Below the pieces are notes generated by a model. It saw only the letters and a program-made list of their open reading frames with translations. It did not search any database and had not been told where the DNA came from. Both the position numbers and the translations under genes were made by a program. This document shows, one piece after another, positions 1 through 12,205 of a stretch of 36,033 nt of DNA (position 1 is its first letter; each line of letters opens with the position of its first letter). The stretch comes from Basidiobolus ranarum (taxonomy: Eukaryota): NCBI GenBank assembly GCA_040143965.1, contig JASJQH010006936.1:1-36033 (forward strand), written 5' to 3'.

Positions 1-631
1 ACAAAACTATAAATGTCAACTTTCTACTCAATAAATCAATAAGTGAAAACCACCAATTCCTCTAATTCTCCAAACCACTTCCAACAGGCTCCCAAATACT
101 TTAACATTTATTACACTAAAATTATACATTATCAGCTATATTTCTAATTTCTGCATTATATAGGAGCAAATTTTTTAGCATTATGGCTTTAGCCTTGGTC
201 ACCACTAACCTATATTCCCCTCCTTGCCCACAGCCTTCTGTAACCCTCATCCACCTTGCTGGACAATCCCACCTCATTCTAGTCTTGATTCATGAAGTTA
301 AGCCATACATTCTAATTTCAATTCAGGAAACAACTATCTAAAGCGCTTCAAAGCTCAAATACTTATAATTATTAGTTGCAATGCTGAGCAAATACACATT
401 AACTGTGTTACATATGATATGTGACAGAACAGCAGATTCCAAGTTGATTTTTCCTAGTTCCAAAATCGATTTTGCTCCTGTAATAATCTAGCAAATATCA
501 AATGTAAAAACAACTTTCCTGATCTTACACTAATATATATGTAATATAATATATTAGAGCACTCGAGTTTATCAAAGTGATAAATTCCCCATGGGATTAT
601 TTATTGAGAGCAAAAACAGTGAGCACCTCAG

Positions 632-814
632 CTAAGTATGGGTTGCTTGGTTGCCGATTTCTATACTGCCTAGGCCCAATAACTTCAAGCTTAGTCTTAG
701 AACGTCACCAAGTCCTTCGTCCTGCTCAAGCACCTCATGCCTACTTTCGTCAATGGAAGCGGACACCTGCAGAGCAAACAAAACTGACATCAACACAATG
801 ATTGATCTCAGCAT
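632..814 (-). CDS. Putative 60-aa small secreted peptide
   Basis: ATG at 814 gives MLRSIIVLMSVLFALQVSA|SIDESRHEVLEQDEGLGDVLRLSLKLLGLGSIEIGNQATHT*. It has a classic signal peptide (basic N-terminus, hydrophobic core, V-S-A cleavage site) and a TATTTAA-like element about 65-70 nt upstream. No family recognised. Confidence 0.55.
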   Translation of the reverse strand: MLRSIIVLMSVLFALQVSASIDESRHEVLEQDEGLGDVLRLSLKLLGLGSIEIGNQATHT

Positions 815-1206
815 AATTAAAAGCGTGGGATGTGGGTGAGAGTCAAGGTAGCTGCTCCACAAATTCTCGGGTGGTCACTTAAATACCTTGATGAGAGAGG
901 CGCAGATCGTGGAGTTTCATCGTTTCATTGTATGCTTTGCTTTAAGCTGAGTAACTGTTTGAAATTGAGTTGGCTGTTTCTGCCATTAAGCCACGGATGA
1001 ATGAAAAAGAATCTCTTTTTGTTGTGTTGAATCTGATTCGTTCATAGAATCCATCAATTCTTCCATCCTATCATGCAGTAAGATGCAGTTAATCATACTT
1101 TCGATATTGACTAAATATCATAGTGGATATCTATTGAAGGATACTCACAATTTTATTTCTTCAACATATACGTTGTTTAGAGTTGTGGTCACGTCGAGTA
1201 GATACA

Positions 1207-1218
1207 TTTACGCGTAAA
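1207..1218. promoter_or_regulatory. 12-bp palindrome TTTACGCGTAAA containing an MCB (ACGCGT) core
   Basis: Perfect palindrome about 42 nt upstream of the NELF-C/D start codon. Function is inferred only. Confidence 0.35.
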
Positions 1219-1259
1219 GTTCTCTTCTTACATTTACTGCTCAACCTTTATATGCTGAT

Positions 1260-3775
1260 ATGGTAAAGTTTTTCAACTTTCTTTCTCATGGAGACTGAAT
1301 GTACTGATAATTGGTAAATTTAGAGTGATAAGCAAGCAAGACAAGACAAAGCTCGGGCGGCTCTCTCCGGAATCGGTAACGATCTATTTCGTTGATTCCT
1401 ACTTATTCTCTATACTTATCTGCTCATCTTTAGACGCCATAATGGAGCCTAACATGGACAAGCAACTCACCGAATTTTTAACTAACGGCGGCACCCCTTT
1501 TCAAGCCGTCACCATGTTGTCCGAAAAATATGTCGGCTTGGCTCAAATGTGCAATATAGCCTCAGAATGGTGCGAGGAATTTGAGATTGATTATGAACTG
1601 GAAATGAAGAAACTTGTTCGAGACAGAATCATGGATCGTTTTAATCCAACCGCTGTAGACGCGGAATTCATGAATTCAGATGTATTTTACTGACATTTTT
1701 GATGTTTTTTAATATTAATATTCTTAACAGTATTTTATTTTAAAAAGAATGCACCAGCTTGGTTGGAAGGAATGATTCACGAACCTTTCTGGAGAAACAT
1801 GATTTATGAACTTTCAGAGAAACACAAAAAATGTTTGCTCCTTAACTTTGCCATTCAGGTAACCCCATTGAATCTACCAACTTACTAGTTTCACCCTTTT
1901 CTAACACTAATGCTGCATTAGAGAATCTCGGATGCTGGGTACCAATCGGAGATGTCGAGTGTTGCCACGGCATCAACTTACGTGAATGTATTTACGGGAG
2001 TCATAGTTGGAACTCTTGAGAAGTTGAAAGATTTGGATGATGTTACTTTGAGTGATCAAATTCCGGATTTATTGGTACTTTTGCCTCTACCTCTACGATG
2101 TATCTTATTATCCGGAGCTAACCCTGATATTAATTCGTTAGAAACTAACTTGTCAGAATGAATATACCTATCTCTTTACCCAAATTCTTATCCGTCAGCT
2201 TATGAAAGAGCCCGGTGGCTTTGCTTTTAAAAGAATTTCCAAGGAGCTGGAGGAAGCTGTGAACGAGAAGTTCAATAGGTACACATTTCAAGTCCCCATT
2301 AAATCTGTCTTACTATTACTAAATGATTTTCTGGTCATTATGATTAACTATTATAGGCCTCAACTCGTCAATACACTTCGCTTCTTCTTAGAAGAAACAC
2401 CTACTCAGATTGCTGGCCCCTTGACGGCGATTTTGCTGGGAAAGAGTGCCTCTCCAGGAGATGTTATCTCGGTAATAAGCAATTGTATGTCCGCTATATC
2501 ATTACCTCAGTACTCACATATTATATCCACTTATAGTTGTACCGAGCCTACACTGGCCCAACGCCCCCATCAGTTGAGCATCTCAGGGACTCGGACTTAC
2601 TAGGTATGCCTTCTTTGTATATTGCTGATACATACCTATGACATTCTATCTAACATTTCATTGCAGAAATTCTATTATCTGCTGTTCTTGTCCCCAATAA
2701 TGAAGGTGCTAATACAATGAGACCCGATCTGAAAGAAAAATACCTCTGGCTAATTGCATACGCTACAGGGGTTAAAACTGACTTAGATGGTCAGGTAAGT
2801 ATTGCTTGAATAATGCAGAGGAAATGCCAATATTGATTCGGAACTATTTAAGGTTGACAAAACCGAGCTTCAAAGCAACCTGGAAGCTCTCAAATTGTTA
2901 GAAAGTCTGTTATCGCGAAAACCTACCGGGACCGAATTGAACACTGTTACTGGACGGATTCTACCCTACTTCAAGTATGTATCGTTTATTCGTGACTTCG
3001 CTTTTTGAATGTAATGCTGATCTCTTCTGTACTAAGCATTCCTGTCATCGCCCTTGGATTAACTCTGTACATCGACAACCTCCTTCACGAAACAAGCTAT
3101 TACGAAAACTACTTCCGTACTACTGAGGTGTGCCTGCCACACCTTTTGCTGGAAGAGGTATGTATTCTTTGTAAAAGAAAGGTCGCAAGTAGCAAAGAGT
3201 ATTGTACTGATTTTCTGAAATTAGATTGCGCATCGTCACCCTTTGCAACAACAACGTATTTTTGAGATTTTCATCTCAAGCATGAAGATGGACCTCACTT
3301 CCCTGGGTGGTCCCACATTGGTAACCCCTACTTGTTTGGTTGTTTGACTCAATCCCAATTAACACGCCCTTTGATAGATGATCTTCCGCAAGATGATTTT
3401 AGACCGATTGATATATTTAATGCAACTCAATTTTGTCACTCCCGTAATGAGCTACGTTGAGGATGCAGCAGAAAAGATGGATGAAAGTTTGCTGATCCAT
3501 TTTGTTCGAGAGGTGAGTGCTGTCAAGGCTGTCCTCCATGTTGAGTACCTTTCTGATCTTCAATCAATCCCATCTAGGTTCTCGAAATGATCGAACCACC
3601 CTTTTCCGCCCCCTTTGTCGTCTCATGCTATCGTTTAATTGACTACATTGAAGAGACTCTGCGAAAAAATGGTTTGGAGAGTCTAATGACGGATTTTATT
3701 GATAACACGGAGGATATCGAAAATACCGAGGTCCAACACCTTCGTCATAAACTTGAAGACAAAATTTTGATGTAA
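1260..3775 (+). CDS. NELFCD: Negative elongation factor C/D (TH1-like) homolog, about 13 introns
   Basis: Exon 1 is ATG only (1260-1262), followed by intron 1263-1323, exon 1324-1375 and intron 1376-1433. Spliced protein reads MSDKQARQDKARAALSGIDAIMEPNMDKQLTEFLTNGGTPFQAVTMLSEKYVGLAQMCNIASEW...APAWLEGMIHEPFWRNMIYELSEKHKKCLLLNFAIQRISDAGYQSEMSSVATAS...IEPPFS. This matches hallmark TH1/NELF-D motifs (DxIMEP, GGxP...LSExY...AQ..N, WL..MI....WR...Y.L.E.H..CL.LNF....ISDAGxQ, PPYS/PPFS). Stop TAA at 3773-3775. Confidence 0.9.
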
Positions 3776-4801
3776 TTAAGCAGAAATGAATATATATATA
3801 CGATAGTGGATTCTGCTTTAGAGTCATTTCGATAATTATCCATCTACTTGTGGCTACTTGGATTCATCAATTTTCCTGTTTTGTAAAATAAACCAAGATT
3901 TCTTTCCATTATGACCACGCTCTTTAAGCTTTCGCTCCTTTTCTTGTTCAGGATTCTTTGTTGGGGATTCTGATTTTGTGAGAAGCCTTGTATGACGAGA
4001 GCTTGTTTGCACATGCGCGAATTCCCAGGGATTGAAAGACCGTGGCTTTGTGCTACTCTTCTAAGCTTCTGAAACAACTCACTTTGAAGCAGCAAGCATA
4101 GAGGCTTATCTCCATAGAGTCTGTATGTTCTCTTAGCAAAGTGATAGCAGATGGTGTAACTACCATCGCTGTTCCATCCTCGATCTTTATCGCTTCATGT
4201 GCATATATAGTTAAGCTACTACTGCATTCACATACCCACCCACATCCGCATCATAAATTCCAGTGAGATTGGCCATACTTTCATTTCCAAATATATCGCA
4301 TTCCCATTTTCATTCCCTTATTTGAACAATCTCCAGGAAGACAATCCAGTGAAAATGACGTTGTTTAATACACGGAGCAATTTCCATCCGCGAACGAGAT
4401 GAGTAAATTGTTCACTATCATAAATTCAACAGGCCTATGAGTGATATCATGTGATCTGAATCAACCAACCTTCTAGTAGCAATTGTCGAGAAAGTCGGTA
4501 AGAATTCATCAAGTTTACTACAACCATTGAACCGTTCTTCAGCAGTGGCCCGGTCTACATTGACTTGATTCCAACATATTTTGGTGATTCTCTTCTCTTA
4601 ATCTCTCAAAAATATAGAGTGTTCTTTTCTCTACAACAAAATTCTTACGTGTTTATAGCTGATATACATTTGCAAAACATCTCCCATCCACCCTCGAATG
4701 CTACCCGACTATATTCCTTTCTATTTGAAATATTGATTTTGTTGTCAGTTACCTGTCTAAATACACCCAGCTACTCTCCCCTTTGATTCATCATAGTACA
4801 C

Positions 4802-7800
4802 ATGAAACGCGCAGTCAGACGCAAGGTTTCCTATATTCTTAACCAAGGAAATGGTTCTCCTGCTCATTTGTTAGGCATTAATTCACTTGCTCTTGATACC
4901 TCTACTTCAGCTACTTCAGGTGCCCCAGAGGGGATTCTTTATTCTGCTGGTAGAGATGGCTTGGTATCGTCCTGGGATTTACATCTACCTTTCAAACCTG
5001 TTCAATCTATTTCCAATAAGTGTGCCTCGCCTATAAGCGTAGTATTAGACGGAGAATACTTAGTAGGCCCGGAAGAAAATCAGGCTTACGAAGACCCAAG
5101 TGCTTGGGGAATTGATCCAGCAACGGTATTTTCCACATTGTGAATAATATATTAGACCGAAAAGTAAACTTAAATACTTTATCATTTAGAATACCGTTCC
5201 AAAAACCACCTTTAGACAATCGTCTCAGCACCATACCGATTGGGTCAACGATATTACAGTGTGTCATCAGGGACAAAGTTGTACGTATACTGGTATTATT
5301 AAAAACGAATTTTCGTTTCGAAATTATTGAACACCATTTCTAGTGATTTCTGCTTCGGCTGATAGAACTCTTAAACTATGGTCTCCTCATTCGACAGTAC
5401 CTTCGGTTACTACCGTTGGATATCATAGTGATTACATTAAAGTGTTAGCCCATGGACCTTCTACCAACTGGATTGCTAGTGGTGGTTTGGATCGAAAGAT
5501 TCATATTTGGGATATCGATGAAGGAAGATTCAATCAAGATGATGGAAACTGTTCTCCCATATGTAAGCAAAGAACACGCACTATATTTCAATTTGTCTTA
5601 GTCCTTAATTTATTCCTTTATTTCAAGTGACACTGCCCGAAGCATCTGATACCGCATCAATATACGCTCTTGCTTGCAATCGCTATGGAACAATACTCGC
5701 CTCTGGGTCTCCAGAAAAGGTCATTTAAAATTTCATTCTTCTACATCATTCTGTGAGTATATATATATCTTCAGAGAACTAAACACGCTTAAGTTTAGGT
5801 GGTTCGTGTTTGGGATCCTCGCAGTGGTAAGAGGATTACCAAGTTAACCGGACATACGGATAACATTCGATCACTCTTAATTAGTGATGATGGTCAACTG
5901 GTATGTCAAGGAAGAACTATTTCATTTTTTATCAATAGTATCTAAGTCTTTATTTTCAACAAGCTTCTCTCCGCTTCTTCGGACTCGACCATCAAATTAT
6001 GGTCACTTTCGGCTCAGCGGTGCATTAACACCTACACAACCCATTCTGATTCGGTCTGGTCACTATATTCAGACCATCCTCAACTAGAGACATTTTATGC
6101 CGGAGGCAAAGATGGCTTGGTAACAAAAACCTACGTTGGTTCTAGAGGAACTGATAATGATGGTAGTGATGGAGAGTGTGTAGCAATATGTAAAGAGAAG
6201 CATGGTGTTGTCAAGGTTTGCCTATCAATAAGAATACGAGTATTATTCTATTCGACTAAACGTTTTTAAAATGACATGTAGTTGGTAGCTGTTGATAATA
6301 AGTACATTTGGACTGCCACCGCTAGTTCAAGTATAAATCGTTGGGTAGAGTATATGCTTATATGCATTGCTCACTTTTCAGATCTTCTCTTAACATAATT
6401 TATCTTTTTGCATATAGAGAGATACTACTGTGCCTTCTGGGAAGAATCTTAGCTCTGGCTTGTACCTTCCCCCCTCTTCTCCTGTTCCTGCATCTTCTGT
6501 GATCAGAATGGCCATCCCAGAGTCTCCTCCAAGAGATGAGCACCTTGACTTGCTCTTAGGTGAACGGAAAGGAAGGCCCACCTCTTTCTTATCGTTGAAT
6601 TATTCGGTTGTGGATGACCCACTTGTACCTGAGATTGTGGTTCCCATGAGAGCGGAGCCTGATGAAGTTATTGAGGGTAGGTAGTTCGATAATAGAGTCG
6701 AGGAATACTTTGCTGAGATTCATTCTTTACAGGAAAGCATGGTCTTATCAAGCACGCTATGCTCAATAACCGTCGCCACGTCCTTACACTCGACACGGCG
6801 GGTGTCATCGACCTATGGGATATCATTCAGGTAAATACAGAGGCTCTTCTAATTCCAAGATCTACGTTATTGATGTATGTGCTATGTAGTGCCAGAAATT
6901 GAAAACCTTTGGAAGAGGAGACATAGATGAGCTAGTTTCAGAAATGAATACCCAAGAATCAGTAGCCAATTGGTGTTCAGTAGATACCAAAATCGGCGTA
7001 AGTTTGGATCATACGTTCTAACATATATAATGGAAATCTAATATTGGATGTAGGCTTTAACTGTATGCCTAGATGAAAGAAGATGTTTTGATGGAGAGGT
7101 CTATCTTGATGAATTAGGATTGGAAAATGATGAAAACCAATCAGATGATCAGAGAAGTGAGTTCGTTTTTTCTTTTCATTGGTCTGCCGCATCAACTAAC
7201 ATCATATTCTGAATTTAGTTAATCTTGGGAAATGGGTTCTTCGTTACCTATTTGCTAACTACATTGAAACAAGACCACTTCAACTTTACCCCACATCGCA
7301 AAATGGGTATGGCCCAGTATTCCCTTCTACAACACCTGATCATCTACAACCTGGCCATTCTCTACCTCCCACTCGTTCTCCAACACCAAGTAATGGTAAT
7401 CTTGGCCTTGGTCTGTCCAGCATTATGAACAATGGGGAAGATCCTCACAAACCCAGTCATGAAGAAATACCTCCAATGATGGCACCTAAGCCAATGTTAT
7501 CATCACTTGCCAACGTCCCTGTTGTAGGTACACCAACACTAGTTGCCGCACCCAAATCACCCACTGGAGTTCTCTCACCTCAGCCACATCCCCTCACTTC
7601 ATCACTAAATCCAAATGGTGGTGATTACTTCTCTTACGGATCTCCAGTTAATTCGACTCCCCACCCACCTTTACACACTGCTCCTGCTACGTTAGCATCC
7701 AACGATTATTTCTCCACATCCAGTACAAATACAAGTACAGTTGGACCAGTTCCAATACCAGCTCGCCCACAGCCTGCAGTTCTTACCGGACAATCATCTA

Positions 7801-8923
7801 GTTTTATGGGCAGATTGAAGTCATTTTCTTACAAAAAGCTCTCGAGAACCCCAGGAAATGACACCAAGCATGATTCAGAATCAAGCGAGTCATTATCGAA
7901 CAACCACTCGACAAGTGTACCAAATCATCAAACACCTTCAAGTCCAACCAATTTCAACGCTAACACCAATGCCAACCTCACTACCACCCAGCCCTCACCA
8001 AATCCAGCTAGTGTTCCTAAAAAGGAGGACTCTCCACACAGAGATGAGGAATTCCCGAAACAAACTGAGAGGGTATGTGAAATTGATGTTTTTTCGAAAG
8101 CATATAGATATTGAAAATAATCTAATTCTTGTGATGCAATTATCTTAGGAGGAGATGAATTTATCCCATGAAACGCCACCTTTAGCGATTCCAACAGATA
8201 CCAATATCATCATATCTGAAGAAACGCATGAAGCAAGCACATCTGTGGATATATACCATGGTACAGTGGGCAACCTTGGAGTGGATTACCATTATATAGA
8301 TGAAGTTGCACCGATTTGGCTACTTGAGTTTTTATTTAAGGTACGTCCAGGATTAGCATTGAAGAGATTCAACTGAACATCCAATGAATCGCGTATTGAT
8401 CATCTTTCATTGCTTTTCAGGGTAAAATACCCCCGAAAGAGCCGGTCAAACTTAGCTTCGTCTTGAAACCGCATGAGAATTCTGGCTTATCTGAATTACC
8501 AAATGGGTAAGTAAAATTCAGATGAAAAATATAGGAATTCTATGAAAAGCACTCAATCTAATGAAACGTTTAGAAATTCACGTCTTATCGCCAATCGTAT
8601 GCTTCGTGTTCGAAAACTTCTCACTTATATCGTAGAAAAGTTAGAACTTGATCAACCAACCACCCACTCCTATGGATATGAACAGCAAGGATCCGATCCA
8701 CATATCAAACCCGAAAGATGGATCGAACTATGTTGTCATGATCAGGTAACTCCAATAGATTTAACTTCTTACATATGAAGAAAGGGGAAATTCATGAATT
8801 TCTTTTGGATTAATTTAGGTCCTTCCTCCTACCATAACTTTGGCTACTATTCGAGCATTCATTTGGAAGCTAGGAGGAGATGTATTGATCACCTATCGAT
8901 ATAAGATCAAATCTTTACAATAG
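4802..8923 (+). CDS. WDR48: WD40-repeat deubiquitinase cofactor WDR48/UAF1 (Duf1/Bun107-like), about 15 introns
   Basis: N-terminus RRKVSYIL...[10 protein letters not shown]...[10 protein letters not shown] repeats [47 protein letters not shown]-terminal ubiquitin-like region [12 protein letters not shown]...[10 protein letters not shown]...[21 protein letters not shown]. Stop TAG at 8921-8923. Confidence 0.92.
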
Positions 8924-9275
8924 ACTTGTGTAGATGTATACGCTTTGATGCTCAATCTGCACCATTTCTTGAATCATACCTGATCCTTCACTTTACATTC
9001 AACCCTCCATTCCCATTCCCATTCTACTACTCCATACTAAATCATGCCAATTCGTAAGGATAAAATGGGATGAAAATCCATATTTCACACCAACAGTAGT
9101 TTAGACTTTATTATGAAGAAACACATCCAATGAACGACGATTGTTGATTGATGTATTTATTGATATTTATAATATAATATAAATCATACTCCAGTTTTTC
9201 CAGAAAAATGAGTGATGTATAAACAATGGGAAATGGTACATAATGAACAAATAAGGGTAACCGTGGAAAAGTATC

Positions 9276-10350
9276 TTACGAGACGATCACTTCGGAGTAT
9301 GAAGGTGGAGGTGGAATGATGTCATACGAGGGAAGTACATCATCAAAAGTGGTATCCGTAGAATGTTTGGTGAAATCGCTTGGAAGGATAAAGATGGGCA
9401 AACTTAGGGTGAACGTTTCCAATACACCGCCGTTATTAATTTCAATGTGAAAGGAGACCTTATGAACGATTTGAGTATATTCACTAACACAACTAAAACT
9501 AGTCAAAGTATTGGGAATTTTAAGATACATCTTCCAAACACCATCCTTTTCTACTTGATCATAATTTCCACAATAATCTAAGGTCTCTTGATCTTCACGT
9601 ATAATACTTCCAGAGGCGATATCGTCTGAGGGCATTCTGTACATGCAATTCTCTCGAAGAAATCCAATCATGTGGGTGAGATTCATCTTCGCATTGCTGA
9701 CGTGGTATTGGAATGATATAGGGATGGTATCTCCAGGTACAAAGCCACACTTGGGGAGAGTGATATTGTAAGATACGGAATTCATCCAAGTTCCCGATAA
9801 TTTTCTACGAAAGGTGTCATACAAAGGGCTCATATCTCTAAAGATATACAGATCACGTTCCGCTTTTATATAAGCCATAGTCCAACGACCAGAGAGGGTG
9901 CCAATTGCGGTGATTTTATAGGAGACTCGGCCAAATTCCCCTTTAAAGGACTGAGGAAGACCACCGGGAATATTGAGCTCAAAAGGGTATTCGTGACAAG
10001 TGGGAGGTAATAAAATCCCCTTGTCATTCTGCTCGGAAAGGATCAATTTTTGTTTGATAATGGTCTTTTCGATTGTTCGGTAAGCTATACAAATTTACTA
10101 AATGGTAAGTTGAAAATTCTCTTGGAAATCAATCAATGATCATGATTAACTCACCATGAAATGAATGCACTGAATATACTCCCTCGACAGTTAGGACCAG
10201 TTCATTTAGCAAGGTTCTAATTTTGGGATGAAAAAGTACTCTTCCTTTGATGAAGTTGCTGGTGTGAGAGTCAGAATCAAATTCATTCACAATGGTATCG
10301 CGGTCAACTTCGATATTGAAGCCACAATTCAGGATCTTTACTAGAGCCAT
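9276..10350 (-). CDS. Alpha-arrestin family (ART-like) ubiquitin ligase adaptor, 2 exons
   Basis: Exon 1 10350-10155, intron 10154-10085 (GTGAGT...TAG), exon 2 10084-9276. Arrestin N-domain motif HEYPFELNIPGGLPQSFKGEFGRVSYKITA. C-terminal PY motifs LPSY and PPPPSY. Confidence 0.85.
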
Positions 10351-11497
10351 AGCGGTTGATGATGATTTTTACAAGAGATGAATGATAGTTAGTGGGATAT
10401 TGAGGCACTTCACTAGCTTATATGTGTATTCGTCTTTATAGTGTACCCCTTTTTAGAGATCATTTATATCAGACACGGCTAGTGGCGTCAAACTATATCT
10501 ATGTTTGTTGCTTAAGCAATACCAGATTTTAATCGTGACTACTTTAAGACTGAAACCTCTCAACCAAAACTGCTGCTTAGTGATACGAAAAGGTAATCGA
10601 TCATCGATAATTCAACCAAATATCTCCATATGAGGCAGTCACTTAAATGTATCTCTAATCTAAGAATTCGAAAAGTATAAATGTATATATATTATTTCAT
10701 TAGATTGAGGTCACCTGTTAAGGATACATGTGCTTACTAGACTCCACAAGGATTATGGAAGATACATTGATTAGAGATTAACATATGTAAGTTCCATTCA
10801 CAAGCTCCAAAGCAATCAAGTCAAATTGCCAACCCTTTCTATAGCTTATGATTAGTGTTGACCTCCTACGGTTTCATTCTGACTGATCCCTAACAGTGAA
10901 TTTCTCACATGCTAGAGACCAAATCATATAGAAGATCTTAACACTCCAATCAGATGTGAAGAATTCCCAACTCTTGGTATAGCTTACCTAGAAATACTAC
11001 GCTTCCAGTGATTAAGGTTTACTTTGATTAATTGTTCAGTTTGCGCTGACGATTCGAAATGATGTTGCATTGATGGTCACCTTACAATGATTGGTGATGT
11101 AGTAGATTAATCAACATCCATTCGATCCAAGAAGAACCATGATCTACGAGTTGTGGAGCTAACTTATCATTCGAAAGAATCCCTCACTTTACCATTCGTG
11201 GATTCGGGTATCGGTTCATGTCAAGGAAACAGTCATTCGGATGCTTACTTGGCAGTTAGCATAAATCAAGAAACCATTTCCAAGTGAACACCAGTGGTAT
11301 TTATCACCATACTCCATTTTGGTGATGACAGAAACATACGAGAGTCGATTCAAATGAGAGGATCTAAATGCTCTTGACCAATGTTTACGAGCGTAAGTAA
11401 ATTATAAATACCCTTGGCCTGGAGATGATGCATGAAATTGGCCCTATTTCTATTCAAAAGTATTGTTCAATTCTCTTCTATCTTGGATAGTGGAAAC

Positions 11498-11956
11498 ATG
11501 ACTTCACTTACACTCTCAACTGTCACCGTATCCGTAACTGATGCAATCGATCAAACTCATAAACGTTATGGAAGAATCTTCTTGACCGAGTCTTGTGCAA
11601 CCTCAATCAACTCTCCACACATGACCACGGATGAGAAGCGTCACGGACAAATATTCCTGAACCAAGATACTACCAAGGATTTACATGATCAAATAGAAGC
11701 ACAACCTCCATCACACAAAATGGAACTTTGGTACACACTTTCCGAAATAAGAGAAAGGAAACAACTTCAAAGAAGAAAAGTTTTCTCTGGTAAACCATCG
11801 GATGGATTGGATGATGTCAGATGGAAACTTCGCTCAGTGAAAAACTTCGATGATATGTTAAATCATGGGTTTTTAGTAAACTCAGAATCTAATGAATATG
11901 TACTTACTATTCAATTCTCTCTAACTCCGAAAATCGCTCGAGACCGCGGACATTAG
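11498..11956 (+). CDS. Hypothetical intronless protein (152 aa from ATG 11498; ORF open from 11432)
   Basis: Clean ORF. TATAAATA at 11403-11410 favours the second ATG. Internal repeat KRxGxIFL. C-terminus TIQFSLTPKIAR. No family recognised. Confidence 0.65.
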   Translation: MTSLTLSTVTVSVTDAIDQTHKRYGRIFLTESCATSINSPHMTTDEKRHGQIFLNQDTTKDLHDQIEAQPPSHKMELWYTLSEIRERKQLQRRKVFSGKPSDGLDDVRWKLRSVKNFDDMLNHGFLVNSESNEYVLTIQFSLTPKIARDRGH

Positions 11957-12205
11957 CCCGTAACCCGTAACCCTACCTTCTACTGTTAGAACATCATGTG
12001 ATCTTCTCTGATCCTTCCCTTGTGTATATGATTCGATTCCATTCCATTCAATTGTAACCAAAACAAAAAGCAAGCAACCTTCCTCTGTATATGTGTGCGT
12101 GTATAAATAAAGGCAAAGTTAACAAACTTAACGGGTAGAAGTCTATTATTTATTCATTCAAGTAGAATAGAGAAAACGATATATGAAACAAGATAAATTA
12201 TTCAT

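Noticed and set aside
11955-11977. TAACCCGTAACCCTA telomere-like repeat after the stop codon
   Set aside because: It is degenerate, lies in a 3' UTR, and lacks the flanking helices seen at 18804.
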